A DNA stretch of 64,000 nt from Hypanus sabinus (lineage: Eukaryota), in NCBI RefSeq assembly GCF_030144855.1, contig NC_082718.1, positions 92,814,001-92,878,000 of the forward strand. Direction: 5' to 3'. How positions within the stretch are numbered: the stretch's first letter is position 1; every line of letters begins with the position of its first letter. Under the pieces are notes generated by a model that saw nothing but the letters and a program-made list of their open reading frames with translations, did no database searches and had not been told where the DNA came from. This document shows positions 23,924 through 36,725 of this stretch, piece by piece. The position numbers and the translations under genes were made by a program.

Positions 23924-24164
23924 GCTTCATAAATGTTTTTGAGTAAAGGTCATTAACAATAAAATCAATGGCAACGGAGGACATTGTTGAAAGGGTCTGA
24001 AGCATCTTCCACTATGGATTGGTGCTGGTCTTTGAAACATATAAAAAAGTCAAAGATGGAAATCCTGAAACAATTCTTCTCTCAGATGAAAGGCCTGGAA
24101 CTGCTGTAACTGTCTCAGGATAAAGAGATATTACAACTGAGATCAGCAGAAATCCTGGACGCAA

Positions 24165-24332
24165 GAGGTAAAACAGATGCTGGAAATCTAGAGCGATACA
24201 CACAATGCGCTGGAGGAGCTCAGCGGGCCAGCAGCATCAATGCATGGGAATAAACAGTCGACATTTCCGGCTGAGACGTCGACGGTTTACTCCCATCCAG
24301 CGATGCCACCTGACCTGCTGAGCTCCCCCAGC

Positions 24333-24374
<42 letters not shown>

Positions 24375-24375
24375 G
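24165..24375. repeat. Penelope-derived inverted repeat ending in a (TG)n microsatellite (24334-24372)
   Basis: ctggaggagctcagc..gggaataaacagtcgac and gtcgacggtttactccc..gctgagctcccccag arms. Confidence 0.7.
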
Positions 24376-25004
24376 CTCAGCAGAAATGTGTTCACTTAAA
24401 AACATTATGAACTGTTAGTATTTCTCTCCACAAAAGGGTTTTGCTTATTCGTATTGGCTACGTACAAGCCAGAGATGCATCGATTTGCAGGTATGAAAGG
24501 ATGTGCAGGGGGTGTAGACGCAGGGAAGAAGACTGCTTTGAAAGATGAACCAGGAAGGTGGTCCGTTTCAAACCCTAACTCATTGTTTAACAGTTCTGAG
24601 TCAAGTAGGAACTGTTTGTGTTAGAGAATTACAATGGGCCCCAGCTCTATTTTCATATCTAAGCACAGCTTTCAGATGTGTTTTGGTGTAATATTTTGAG
24701 TACTGAATGTGAATGAAGCAAACTCATATTTCAACCTCTGTGGCAATTGCTCAAAGATCAAAGTACATTTGTTATATGTATACGTGCTATATGCAACCTT
24801 GAGATTTGTCTCCCTACAGACAGCCACAAACCAAAGAAGCCCAACCCATTAAAAAGGAATACTGTTAAAAACCCCCCAAAATGGTGCTAACAATGAAAGG
24901 AAGCAAACAACATTCAGAACTAAAGTTCACCAAAGTGAGTTCACAGCCAGGAGGCCAGTCAACACTGCAGCTGCACCTGGAGCCAGTTTTACTTTGATTC
25001 TTTT

Positions 25005-25275
25005 ATTGAGGTACAGCATGGAATAGGCCCTTTTGCCCCTTTTGAGCTGTGCTGCTGGGCAATCTCCTGATTGAAGTCTAGCCTAATCACAGGACAATTT
25101 TCAACCACCAATTAACCTATCGACTGATGCGTCTTTGGATTGTGGGAGGAAACCAGAGCACCCAAAGAAAACCCAAGTGGTTACGGGGAGAATCTACAAA
25201 CTCATTAGAGGCTGCAGCAGGAATTGAACCTGCTTCGCCTGTATTGTAAAGTGTTGGGCTATCCACTATGTTACC
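25005..25275 (-). mobile_element. HE1-like V-SINE
   Basis: V-domain-like tgtgggaggaaaccagagcacccaaagaaaaccca, tRNA-like head (B-box GGTTCAATTCC on the minus strand) and LINE-like tail. Confidence 0.75.
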
Positions 25276-26540
25276 TCAGTTCAGTGCAGAGATGAGTCAA
25301 CCCTCTGAGTAGTGAGCTGAACACGGGCCCACCCCTCGCCTCTAGCCTGACACCCCAATCCTTTCAATCTGGCTCGGTGCTTAAATCAGTCAAACATTGG
25401 CTCATTCCTCACTCTCGGGCCCAGGACCCTCTGCCTCCCCTGAACAATAATGTAGCTAAACTGTGGGCTTTGTTCACTAAGCTAATAAACTTCAACCTCA
25501 AATAAAACTTGTATTGTGCATAGTTTACAAACTTAGTTCACAGATAATTCAGGAAGCAAAGCAGTGAGAGAAAGAGGAAGGTGTACCTGAATGTGTCAAT
25601 CCATTAGTTTAACCATTAACATGAAAATCATTCAGTATAACTTTCCAGGAAATGAAAAGTTGCAGAGTATTGGACTATATTTTCCTTTTCCCAAGAGTAG
25701 TGTGAACACTTAAGTTGAGTATGTTGTACTCCTAGGGAGTTATTCCCTTAATAGAGAATGCCTGTACATGACTTTGTTTAACTTGGGGAGGTTGATGTAC
25801 CATAGGGTCCTTGAAAGATTGGAGTCAGGGTCCAGTGACATGGAATGTAAGACGACTAGCAGCCTTCATCCCATTGTGATGTGTCATCAGCTTTCGCCAC
25901 CCTCCACTGTTGAGGTCTTGGTTGAATTGCTCTTTGTCTGGAACCTCATCCTCGACCTACCAGGAGCTAAGTTCCAGAAAGCATCGCTCTCAGAATCTCA
26001 GGGGCTCACAAACTTCTCTGCCACGACAATGCAACAAGCTCGGAGAAGTTCTTCAGTAACTATACCTTGGCACCATACTGTATGTACTGTATGTTTCAAG
26101 TAGACACAAGAGACTGCCGATGCTGACATCTAAGACTAGAAACAAAAAGCTGGATAAACTCAGGGTCTGGCAGCATCTCTAGAGGAAAATGACATCAACA
26201 TTGCAGGTTGAACCCTTCACATAGTCTTATCTTTTAATAGAGGTTTCAGATTTAAAGCATATTGACCAATTTCAGATTTACTTTAGTTAACTACATCCAA
26301 TTGTAGTTAAAACAGAAAGGCCAGTCTAGTGAAGTGCTCAATAAAGAGTGTTGTGCTAGACAAATAGTGAGGAAAGAAGCAAACAAAACAATTAAATTAT
26401 AAATTTTAAAAAGAAAGGATATACCTTTTTTTTCAACTGTCTCTTGAAGTAACCAGGAAAAATGAAGAAATAGAGGACCAATGTAATTTACAACAGGAAA
26501 GAAGGGCTACAAAAACTGATAAATAGCTTGTGAAGTTTTC

Positions 26541-26633
26541 CTGATGAAGGGTCTCGGCCTGAAACGTCGACAGTGCTTCTCCCTATAGATGCTCCCTGGC
26601 CTGCTGTGTTCCACCAGCATTTTGTGTGTGTTG
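26541..26633 (+). mobile_element. Short Penelope terminal-repeat insert with minimal hammerhead ribozyme core
   Basis: CTGATGA-agggtctcggcct-GAAAC-GTC; flanked by a 15-bp direct repeat; absent from the paralogous site at ~14000. Confidence 0.75.
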
Positions 26634-28434
26634 TGTGAAATTTTCCTGTTTGGTTTGCTCAGCTTTAGGTTTATAGAAGATGCATATTTACTATAATGAC
26701 AACATAAGTCTCCCAATATGTTCAGATTAACTTCAGTTTTCACTGGAGATAAATAGTAGATTTATATATGATTTTTAAATACTTATATATTTTTTAGTTT
26801 GCTTCTTTACTGATCTGTAAGATCTTCATTTTCACAATTGCTAAATTTCTACTGCAATTTTGACACAGTAATCAATAAATACACTGGTTTAGTTCATTGT
26901 GGCTAATAACTGTTACTTACACAACTACTTAAAATAGCAAAAAATTCTGATGAAAGTTCTTTAATTTTTGTACAAATTATGGAAGTCTTGTGGAATGATT
27001 AACCTTTTACATCTGTGAAATTGTTTAGCCTAACTTCTAAAATTCTAGGTGACAGCAATCTATATGTTAAATTTTTAATTGATTGATATCTTTATATTAA
27101 TCATTTTACTTATATCTTTAATTGAAATGATCAGAAGCTGTGGTTAACTTTTTTGTGAATATTAAAGCAACATAAAGTTTGAGTATGTTGGACTGTCTGT
27201 GTGTTTCCACTAAGAAAATCTTCATATTTCTATTTATCATTTGCAACGCTGCCAGAAGCCTAAAGAGTCTTGCAGGTGCTGAGATTGTACAATGCATAGT
27301 CAAGACCACAATCTGATATCTGCATGGAGTCTCAATAAAAATAGAAACGAAGAGGACCTCTGAACACAATGATAAAAGATATGTTCACTGTGTCACCAAC
27401 CGCTTTTCTTCACCCTTGCATGTGGCTTAATAAGGGACAGACAATATATCAATGAAACGCAGAATGCAGTCATCTCATTCAGCTTCCAATAGCAACTGCT
27501 TTAAAGTTCCTGCTTTATCATATGTTTGTCTTTGCAAACAACAATGGAGTAGGCTTCAAGGTACCCTAACCCAATTTTTACAAACTTTTGCAAGGTATCG
27601 AAGTCAATGTTAGTTTTATATGTAGAAACACACCCATAGGAAGTGACATCAAGGTAAATTTGCAGACATTAAGTTGTAACACAAGTGCTGCCAATTGTGA
27701 AAGTGTTACAACAGTGCTGTCTTAATGCAAATTCCAGCATCCACAATTAGGGATGATATTTTCAAGAATGTAACAAGATCATAAGAGTTTAGAGCAGAAA
27801 TTGGCTGCCCAGAGCCTTGCCTTTCCTTCTTTGCTCCACTGATGCTGCCTGACCCACTCTTTTACTCCAACAATTTGTTTTATATTCAGCTCCTTGTTCC
27901 CACTTCACCATAATCAATATCATTTTTGATTTTTAATCTCCTTGCATTAATTCCATATGCTTTTACCCCCATTATATTAAATAATCCCTGATATAAATTT
28001 ACTCAGACTAAATAAGCCACCACAACCTCTTGGCAACTGAATTCCAAATATTCTCTCTTCCCTGTTGATGCTGCTTTGCCGCTGTTTGTGGGGAAGGAGG
28101 GCTCTGGAGTTTTCATGGTTTTTCTGTCATTCATTCTTTGAGGATTTCTTCTGTTTCGAGGATGTCTGCAAAGATTACGAATTTTAGGTTGTATACTGTA
28201 TACATTCTCTAATAATAAATGGAACCATTGAAACATTCTCAGCTTCAAATTTCCCGGCTGTTAATCTGAGACTGTGATCCTTGGTTTTAGACACATACTC
28301 TGCAGGCATATTCCCGACAGCCAATCTGTTCAGCCCATAAGAATGTTGTAAGTTTCAATGAAATCACCTCTTACTCTTCCAAATTCTAAAGAATGTTGGT
28401 TCACTCAACACGTACAACAAACCCACCAACTGAG

Positions 28435-29165
28435 TTATCAGTGATTCAAGGTTGTTTAATATCATTTCCAGTACACAAGAATAAGGAGAGCAATATCATC
28501 GTTACTCTGGATCTGATGTAGCACAGAAAGGGACAACAAGAAAAATTTTTAAAAAACACAATGACTAAACAAATAAACTGGTTTATATGATTGATTGCAT
28601 GTCCATAAAGTGATGTTAGGCTCAAGAGTATCTGTACATAAAGTGGCTGACCGGAAATGATAAATCAGTGGTGGGGTGGACGAGTTGATCAGCCTTACTG
28701 TTTGGGGGAAACAACTGTTTTTGATACTTGTGGGCTTGATATGGAGGCCACTTAGCCTCATCTGTGATGGGAGTGTGACAAACAATCCACGAGCAGTGAA
28801 GTGGGATCCATCATGATGTTACTGGTCCTCCTCTGGCACCTCTCTGTACACCTGCCCTCGATGGTGGGTAGGCTCGTGCCGATGATGCACTGGGCAGATT
28901 TGACTACCTTCCTGCCCACTGGAGTGCAGGATACCATACCATGTCATGATAGGGTGCTCTCTATTGCACATCTGTGGAATGACGCGAGCATCAACATGCA
29001 TGCTCCATCTCTCTTCAGCATCTTCAGAAAGTAAAGGTGTTGGTGAGCTCTCCTGATTATGTGGAACGTGTTCTGAGACCATGAGGTGTTGTGCAAGATG
29101 GGGACTCCCAGGAGTTTGAAGTGGCTCAAAATTTCCACTGCTGTGCTGCAGTTGTATGTGCATGC
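28435..29165 (-). mobile_element. Rex1/Babar-like LINE 3' fragment (shorter paralogue at ~15790-16170)
   Basis: FKLLGVPI...RAHQHLYFLKMLK...RCAIESTLS, IKNSCFPQTVRLIN and 3' UTR. Confidence 0.75.
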
Positions 29166-31879
29166 AACATTTTAAAGTAAATTTAATGCAATTGAGAGAA
29201 ACCCAGGTCTGAAACCTGATTTATTGCCAGTCCATAAATTAGGGCAAGTGCTTGTGAGGTGGGTGGGATGGATCTTCTGGGAACCCAGTTTGCAACTGCA
29301 TTGTCAACTTGTGAACTGCCTGGGTTATGTACAGTTGACAGGAATGGAGCCTTGCGTACATTGGAGACGAGCTGTGTGTAAAAAAGTAACATTTCACCAG
29401 ATTCAGAAATGTGCATGGTGGAGATTCAAGATATCTGAAAGCACTTTACTCACAGAATATATTTTGCTGTCTCCGATAATCATTTTCAGAAGAAAACTGG
29501 AGATATAATTAAAAAGGAGAAACCTGACATGATTATGGTAGAGGGCGTGGTAGTTACTGGAAAACTGTTAGAAGAGCTAGCATTTGCATGATGGGTTGAC
29601 TGGCCTTCTTGTAATGCATGCTTCTATGAAAGTGCAAGATTACCCAATATGCTCTGTTTCCCTTGCACATTCCAAAAATTTATGGATTAGTAGATTAATT
29701 GGTTACATTGCTGTAATTGGGCAATGCCAGCTGGTCAGGCTGGAAGGGCCTGTTACCGTTCTCTATCACTAAATAAAATAAAATTCAAAAGGTATTATAC
29801 AATATTCAGGGCAGAGAATGAAAGCATTATAATAACGTCCTGGACTATGGGCATGATATAGAGGATGATTAGATAGCTGTCACAGGTTAAGAGAGTTGAA
29901 TTCCTTCCTCACAGATATTTGCATTTGTAAATTGTAGGAACCTCAAGTTCAATGCCTCAATTGTAGGAACCTCAAGTTCTGTACCTTCTTTCTGATGGCA
30001 GCAGTGAGAAAATAGCATGTCTTGGGTGGTGGGGGTTCCTAATGATGGATGCTGCTTTCCTGAGACAATGCTCCATGTAGATGTGCCCAGTGGAGGGGAG
30101 GGCTTTACCTGTGATGGACTGGCTCGTATACAGTACCTTTTGCAGTGTTGTCCATTCAAGCCAAGCACAGGAATTTGTCATCAAATCAAAACTTTGGAGC
30201 ATATTATCCTTATACACAAGCTACTGAGGAAGGGCCAGAAATAATCAATGTTTTGGGTAAAGGGATGGGAAAAATGAATAAAAAAAAGAAATTCCATGCT
30301 GTGGTTCTGGATAGCATACTCGTATTAGCCAAGTGTTTGGCTGTTAAATACAAACATTTATTTTGGAATATTGATAAAAAGGCACAAAGAGGCATATCTA
30401 CAGGTTAATATTGCAGATTTTTAACTGATATTTCTCTACTTTTTAAATTTTATTTTTCCTCTTTGAGTTGAGGATGACATTTTTCTGTTCCACTTAATTG
30501 GGTTCTGGGATAGTTCAAGAGCCCCACTATGGGCCATGCAAACTCTACCACAGACAAAAAAAGCAGGTGTTGAATGCTGAGTTGTTTAGGAGGCTCTGTG
30601 TTATTTTCACTGTTTATGCCTGGTCACCACATACTTTGGTCATACACTTGCCATTAGTACCTCCGAGAAGCCCTTCTCCATTTTGAACAGTTTGGATTCA
30701 CATGCATTGATGGAAGATCTGTACTTTTTCAAGATAGAGTTTGAGAAGGTCCTTGAATTTTTTGAAACTTAATCATCCATGAAAATGTTGCCTATTTTGG
30801 GAGACTGGCATGGAACAGATGTGGCTGACTCACAGGAGAAGTCTAAATGTGATGAGAGATTCATTACTTGTGAAGTTGTCCAGGTGAGGAGAACACATTG
30901 GTTTACCTACAATAATTCCTTTCGGGGTTCGGAGGAGTTTATGAAAACCACACTGATGCTACTTCTTCAGTACATTGAAGCACCTCCTGTAGGTTGCCCA
31001 TGTCTCCAAGACAAACAGGCAGGTGGGAATCATGGTAAACTCGAGCATGGAGATAATAATGAAGTCTTGCCTTCCAATAATCCTCTCTCTGTGTACCAAG
31101 GAATGAGTGAGCACATTAAAGATGTTGGTGGATTTTGCTGATTTGCTAAAGGCTTAAATTAATGTACAGACAGTAATCAGGGGAATGTCACAATGTCTTT
31201 TTTTTTGCGAAGGAAATTGAACACAAATGGTGGGAGATCATTCTTCTTTGATATGGGCAGCTGTTGAGATCTTATCTGGAGGATGGAGTACAATGCCAGT
31301 CTTCTTATGTGAAAGTGTTGGAAGTGTTTCCTAGAAAATATATTAGACTAAATCTTCATATGTGAGGATTCTCTTATAAGGAAAGGTTGGATGACCTGGG
31401 ATGTATCTGCTGGAGTTTAGAAGAGCGTATGGTGAATAGACTGAGAACATAAGAGCTCACATGTTCTTGACAGGATGAATGTGGAAGGGACATTTCTTTA
31501 TTGTGAGAATCCAGAACTAGAGATTACTTGTTAAAATTAAGGTGTTCCCTACTTAAGACAAAATCGAGCAAACATTTTCAAGCCTATGAATCTTTCCTTA
31601 AAGTCTGTTGAAAGCTGGGTTTTTGAATAACCTTAAGGCAGAGAAATATAAAACCTGTTTGAAATGCTGCTGCAGTTAGACAGGTATACCAAAAAAAGTT
31701 CACAGACAAATCAGCCATGATCTGAAGACATATTGAAGCAGGCCTAACTCTGTTCCTAGGAATGAAGCAGGTAAGAACCAGTCTGTAATGATTTCATTGA
31801 AAGCAGAGCAGGCATATTGGGCTACAGAATCTACTCTTGCTCCTCTTTTTTTTATTGTTTAACTGGTCCCCTAACTTGT

Positions 31880-32190
31880 CACTTCCTGCTTGTCCTTAGT
31901 GGGGAGGCAAAGTTCAGATGTCATTTCAGGTTTATTTGTAAAGCCCCAAAGACTAACTGAGCTGTTTACCTTCTAGGCTGCTGCTGCAACACTCAACTTG
32001 CTTCACTTTCATTATGATAACTCTGAAATTCTGTACAATGTGCAGAATTTGTAGTAATTCATTGTGCAAATGGATGAGTTTAGGAAGGAGCTCTTGTTCT
32101 GGTTCACAATCAGCAACCACGTGACCAAATAACCACCATAAAAAAAACTTCCTGACCATTCCGGCTTAGCTTTAGCCACACCCATAAACT
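31880..32190 (+). promoter_or_regulatory. Candidate proximal promoter of class B genes (repeated before genes 4-7)
   Basis: ETS sites CACTTCCTG and AACTTCCTG, E-box CACGTGACC, RUNX-like AACCAC and TATA-like CATAAA all retained between the diverged gene 3 and gene 4 upstream regions. Confidence 0.4.
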
Positions 32191-32276
32191 ATGACATATT
32201 GTGGAAATAGTCTTTAATAGATTGCGTTTGTTTGCTTTCTCCCATTCCTCTTACAACATTTGCAACTCACTCCACG

Positions 32277-33323
32277 ATGGGTAATGAGACACATGTATGC
32301 CCTTCAGTGAAGGACATTTATTCAGCCTACAATCCGCCGATACTTATTTTAACATTTATCTTTGGATTCATTGGAAATGTGATTGCCTTGTGGATCTTCT
32401 GTTTTCACGTTAAATCCTGGAGACCAAACACCGTCTATTCTCTGAGCCTGGCGATTGCCGACACTCTGCTAATCTGCTGCCTGCCATTTCGAGCCGATTA
32501 CTACATACGTGACAAGAAGTGGATATTTGGTGATGTTGCGTGCCGTCTGAAGATATTCCTGATATTTCTGAACCGGACAGAGAGCGTTGTTTTCCTTACA
32601 GTTATGGCACTTGATCGCTATTTCAAAGTGATCCATCCTCACCATAAAGTGAACAAGATCTCTACAAGGACTGCAGTGAAGGTATCACTCATTCTCTGGC
32701 TTCTAACAATATTGATTTGTTTGCACTTTCTGGTAGAACCTCGTACCTTCATACATAACAACGTAACTAACTGTGAGCCATTTAAAATAACTCAGCCTCT
32801 CAGGGTCACAGCATTTTGGACTAGTATTATTTTCATTGTTTTCAAGTTTATTTTACCGGCTTCAGTGATCCTGTTCTCCACGTGCTCTATTACCTGGAGG
32901 CTAAAGCAGATGAAATCTGAAATGAGGGTTAAATATGAACGAGCTATGAGGCTTGTAATAGCTGTGGCGGCAGTGTTCCTCATCTGCTTCCTACCCACCA
33001 ATATCGCTGTAATCGCAGTTTTAATTTCAAGCAATTTAGAAGACTGTAAGTTATTTGACGTCTGTGTTCAGATATTCTACAATACGCTGTGCATAACCTA
33101 TTTGAACAGTGTGCTGGATCCAGTTATTTACTACTTCTCAAGTTCAACATTTAAAGAAACTTTGAAGAAAGCTCTTACTTCTCATAATATCAGATTATTC
33201 GGATCAGGAACAGAGGATTCATTGCCACCAATACAACAAATCCAACGATCCGTTGAACCTGAAAGGTCTTCAGTCTGCAACACCTTTGATCACTTACAAA
33301 CGGAGTCAACAGAGAATATATGA
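32277..33323 (+). CDS. HCAR2-like: Hydroxycarboxylic acid receptor-like GPCR, gene 3 (348 aa)
   Basis: First ATG in good context (acgATGG) aligns with the gene 1 start; N-terminal Cys and ECL3 Cys present. Confidence 0.92.
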   Translation: MGNETHVCPSVKDIYSAYNPPILILTFIFGFIGNVIALWIFCFHVKSWRPNTVYSLSLAIADTLLICCLPFRADYYIRDKKWIFGDVACRLKIFLIFLNRTESVVFLTVMALDRYFKVIHPHHKVNKISTRTAVKVSLILWLLTILICLHFLVEPRTFIHNNVTNCEPFKITQPLRVTAFWTSIIFIVFKFILPASVILFSTCSITWRLKQMKSEMRVKYERAMRLVIAVAAVFLICFLPTNIAVIAVLISSNLEDCKLFDVCVQIFYNTLCITYLNSVLDPVIYYFSSSTFKETLKKALTSHNIRLFGSGTEDSLPPIQQIQRSVEPERSSVCNTFDHLQTESTENI

Positions 33324-36184
33324 AGCTCAGCCTGTTATCTACCAACTTATTCATATTTCTTCAGGAAGAAATGTGTCGATTATGTACTGTATGAAATTAC
33401 TTGTATTTATCTTATCTATCTTTGGGACTAGGACGACTGATCCCTCAGGTTTCTAGGATCAAGTTTCTAAGATTACTCACAACATTTAGCTCACTTACGT
33501 GTTGCTAGAGAATATGATGCCACCATACAGACAAGCTCGTTGATCACATGATGGATTTCTATGGAACTTTGTCAGGATCAAAGTGGACATTGTAAAAAAT
33601 AATAGGTTGAGTGTTTTGATAAGGAAAAGGGAAACCTGCCTAATATTACACTTGCAATCATCTCCACTAAAGAAAAGTGTGTTTATTAATTAATCAAATT
33701 TGTTATAATTTGTTTTATAACCAATTGTTTGTTGCAAACTATAAAAGCATTTTGAATAGATTGTAATCAGTGTATGCATTTCAGAGAATAATTTAACACT
33801 TGATTCGTTTCTGATGCTGTTTCATTGGAATGTGTGACACTCAGATTCCAGATAACGCATTCTTCCTGTGCTGCTACTTTGAAACAGACTTCCAACCAGT
33901 GCCATACCCCTTCTCCATTACGCCGCTGTGCTTCTCCTTTTCAAAGATGTCTCCAGTATTTTTTTCCCCGTCTGGAAGTGATTATGGGAAGTTATCAAAT
34001 CATATGCATCACACACAAAATTCTGGAGGAACTCAGCAGGTCAGGCAGTATCTACGGAGGGGAATAAACAGTTGACGTTTTTGGCCAAGACCCATCATCA
34101 GGAAAAGTGAAGCTCAAGATTTGTAGCATCTGCAGAGTCTCATATTCTGTTGACTAAATTGGATTCTATGACTGATGTGTTTTCAGATATTTTGGACTAA
34201 CATGTGGCAGAGTTTGCTGTGAAATCTATGTATTATTTGCATGGATTCAGAAATTGGGCACTTCTATTTACTGAGGGCTGAAACTAGTCAAAGACAGCTG
34301 AATGGTGTGGTAGATATAGCAAGGCCATTCTGTCAAAGTTTGCAGTGCTGGATAATCCTCTGTCTGGGACTGTCAGTACAACTTAGTACCAATAATACTA
34401 TTGTCATATGTTCAATTTTAGAGCATGAGAGTTTGTGCAAGATGGGCACTCCCAGGAGTTTGAAGCTGCTCAGTTTCCACTGCTGTGCCACAAATGTGGG
34501 TGCATGGTGCGAATTGTCCTGAAGTCAATAATCATTTCCATATTGGTTACTTACTTGGCACCAGGCCACAAGCTCGTCCACCTGATCTCTGTAGACCATT
34601 TCATCATTGATGGTTTATGAAACCCACCACTGTCATGTCAGTAGTGAACTTGACAATGTGATTACCCAGATGTTTAGCCTTGAAGTCATGTTTGAACAGA
34701 GTGTCAGCAGTGGGCTTAACACACAGCTCAGGGGCAGGTGGGGTGGGTTAATGGGGAAGGAGGAGATGAACGGGGATGTGCTTCCTGACTACCTGAGGTC
34801 TGTTAGTTAGGAAATCCAACACCCAGTTGCACAGCAGTTTACTTATATTGAAAAGTTTGCCAATGTCTCTGAGTTTACCAAGAGGTTTGTACTCTCTCTG
34901 TAGCAAGTGCAAAAATAAAGGTAATGATAGCTTTATTTGTTACATATACATCAGTACATTAAAACATACAGTGAAACTCATTGTCTGCGTCATCGTTTGC
35001 AATGTGCTGGGGGCAGCCCACGGGTTCCTCCATGCTTCTGGTGCCAACATCACATGCGCAGGACTCATTAACCCTAACCTAGGAATTTGGGATGTGGGGT
35101 GGGGGGTGGTGGAGGGTGGCACTGGAACGTTCAGATGTTTGTACTCTTCACAATGTTTAAAAAAATGATCACGGGTTTGAAACAAAGTTGAACGGAATTG
35201 AAAGAAAGCCAGGTATGAAACTCGATTTATTGCCAGTCCATAAATTACGGCAAGTGTTTGTGGGACGGGTGCTGGAATCTTCCGGGAACCCAGTTTGCAA
35301 CTGCATTGTCAACTTGTGAACTGCCTGGGTTATGTACAGTTGACAGGAATGGAGCCCTGCGTACATTGGAGACGAACTGTGTGTAAAAAAGTAAAATTTC
35401 ACCAGATTCAGACATGTGCATATTGGAGATTCAAAATAGCTGAAAGTACTTTATTCACAGAATATATTTTGCTGTCTCCAATGATCATTTTCAGAAGAAA
35501 ACTGGAGATATAATTAAAAAGGAGAAACCTGACATGATTATGGTAGAGGGCGTGGTAGTTACTGGAAAACTGTTGGAAGAGCTAGCATTTGCATGATGGG
35601 TTGTCTGGCCTTCTTGTAATGCATGGTTCTATGAAAGTGCAAGATTACCCAATATGCTCTGTTTCCCTTTCACATTCCAAAAATTTATGGATTAGTAGAT
35701 TAATTGTTTATGTTGTTGTAATTGGGCAATGCCAGCTGGTCAGGCTAGAAGGGCCTGTTACCGTTCTCTATCACTAAATAAAATAAAATTCAAAAGGTAT
35801 TATACAATATTCAGGGGCAGAGAATGAAAGCATTATAATAACGTCCTGGACTATGGGCATGATATAGAGGATGATTAGATAGCTGTCACAGGTTAAGAGA
35901 GTTGAATTCCTTCCTCACAGATATTTGAATGTGTAAATTGTAGGAAGCTGAAGTTTAATGCAGATATCATTTATTGCACTTGGCATCCTACTGAAGGCAG
36001 CAACTACTAAAAGTAAATCTCTCACTCAGCTGAGTTCCAAAACTGGAATGGGTTAAAATGTTATAGTGGGCATCCTTCAACTCTTCAGCAGCTGCACTAC
36101 TTCCCGACAGGTGTTACATGGTGACCCTCCAGCAATCTGACAATGATGATCATCATCACCATGGAGAAAGTAGCACAGGCAAAG

Positions 36185-36725
36185 CTCAGAAGCTCAAAGT
36201 AGATTTATTATCAAAGTACATATATGTCACCATATACAATCCTGAGATTCATTTTTTTCCAGGCGTACACAATAAATCAAGAATAGAATAATAACCATAA
36301 TAGAATCAATGAATCAACTTCAACCAGTTTAGCCAGTGTGCAAAAGACAAAAAACTGTGCAAATACAGAAAGAAAGAAATAATAATAATAAATGAGTAAG
36401 CAACAAGTGGAAAGAACATGAGATGAAGAGTCCTTGAAAGTGAGTCCATAGGTTATGGGAATATTTCACGATGGGTCTGGTGAAATTGTGTGAAGTTAAT
36501 TCATTTGGTTCAAGAGCCTGATGGTTGAGGGGTAATAACTATTTGTTAACCTGCTGGGGTGAGTCCTGAGGCTTCTGTACCTTCTTTCTGATGGTAGCAG
36601 TGAGAAAATAGCATGTCTTGGGTGGTGTGAGAACAAGCTCCTTGTAGATGTGCCCATTAGAATGGAGGACTTTACCTGTGGTGGACTGGCTCATATCCAG
36701 TACCTTTTGCAGGGTTGTCCATTCA
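36185..36725 (-). mobile_element. Rex1/Babar-like LINE 3' fragment carried in each unit (also ~17035-17600)
   Basis: The paralogue at 17343 reads LEKVMDTGQSVT..HALFSLLPSER..YYPSTIRLLN; tail ataaatctactttga. Confidence 0.7.

Noticed and set aside
32232-32276. 15-aa N-terminal extension (363-aa ORF calls) for genes 3-7
   Set aside because: It starts at TTG; the ATG 45 nt downstream has good context and aligns with the start of genes 1-2
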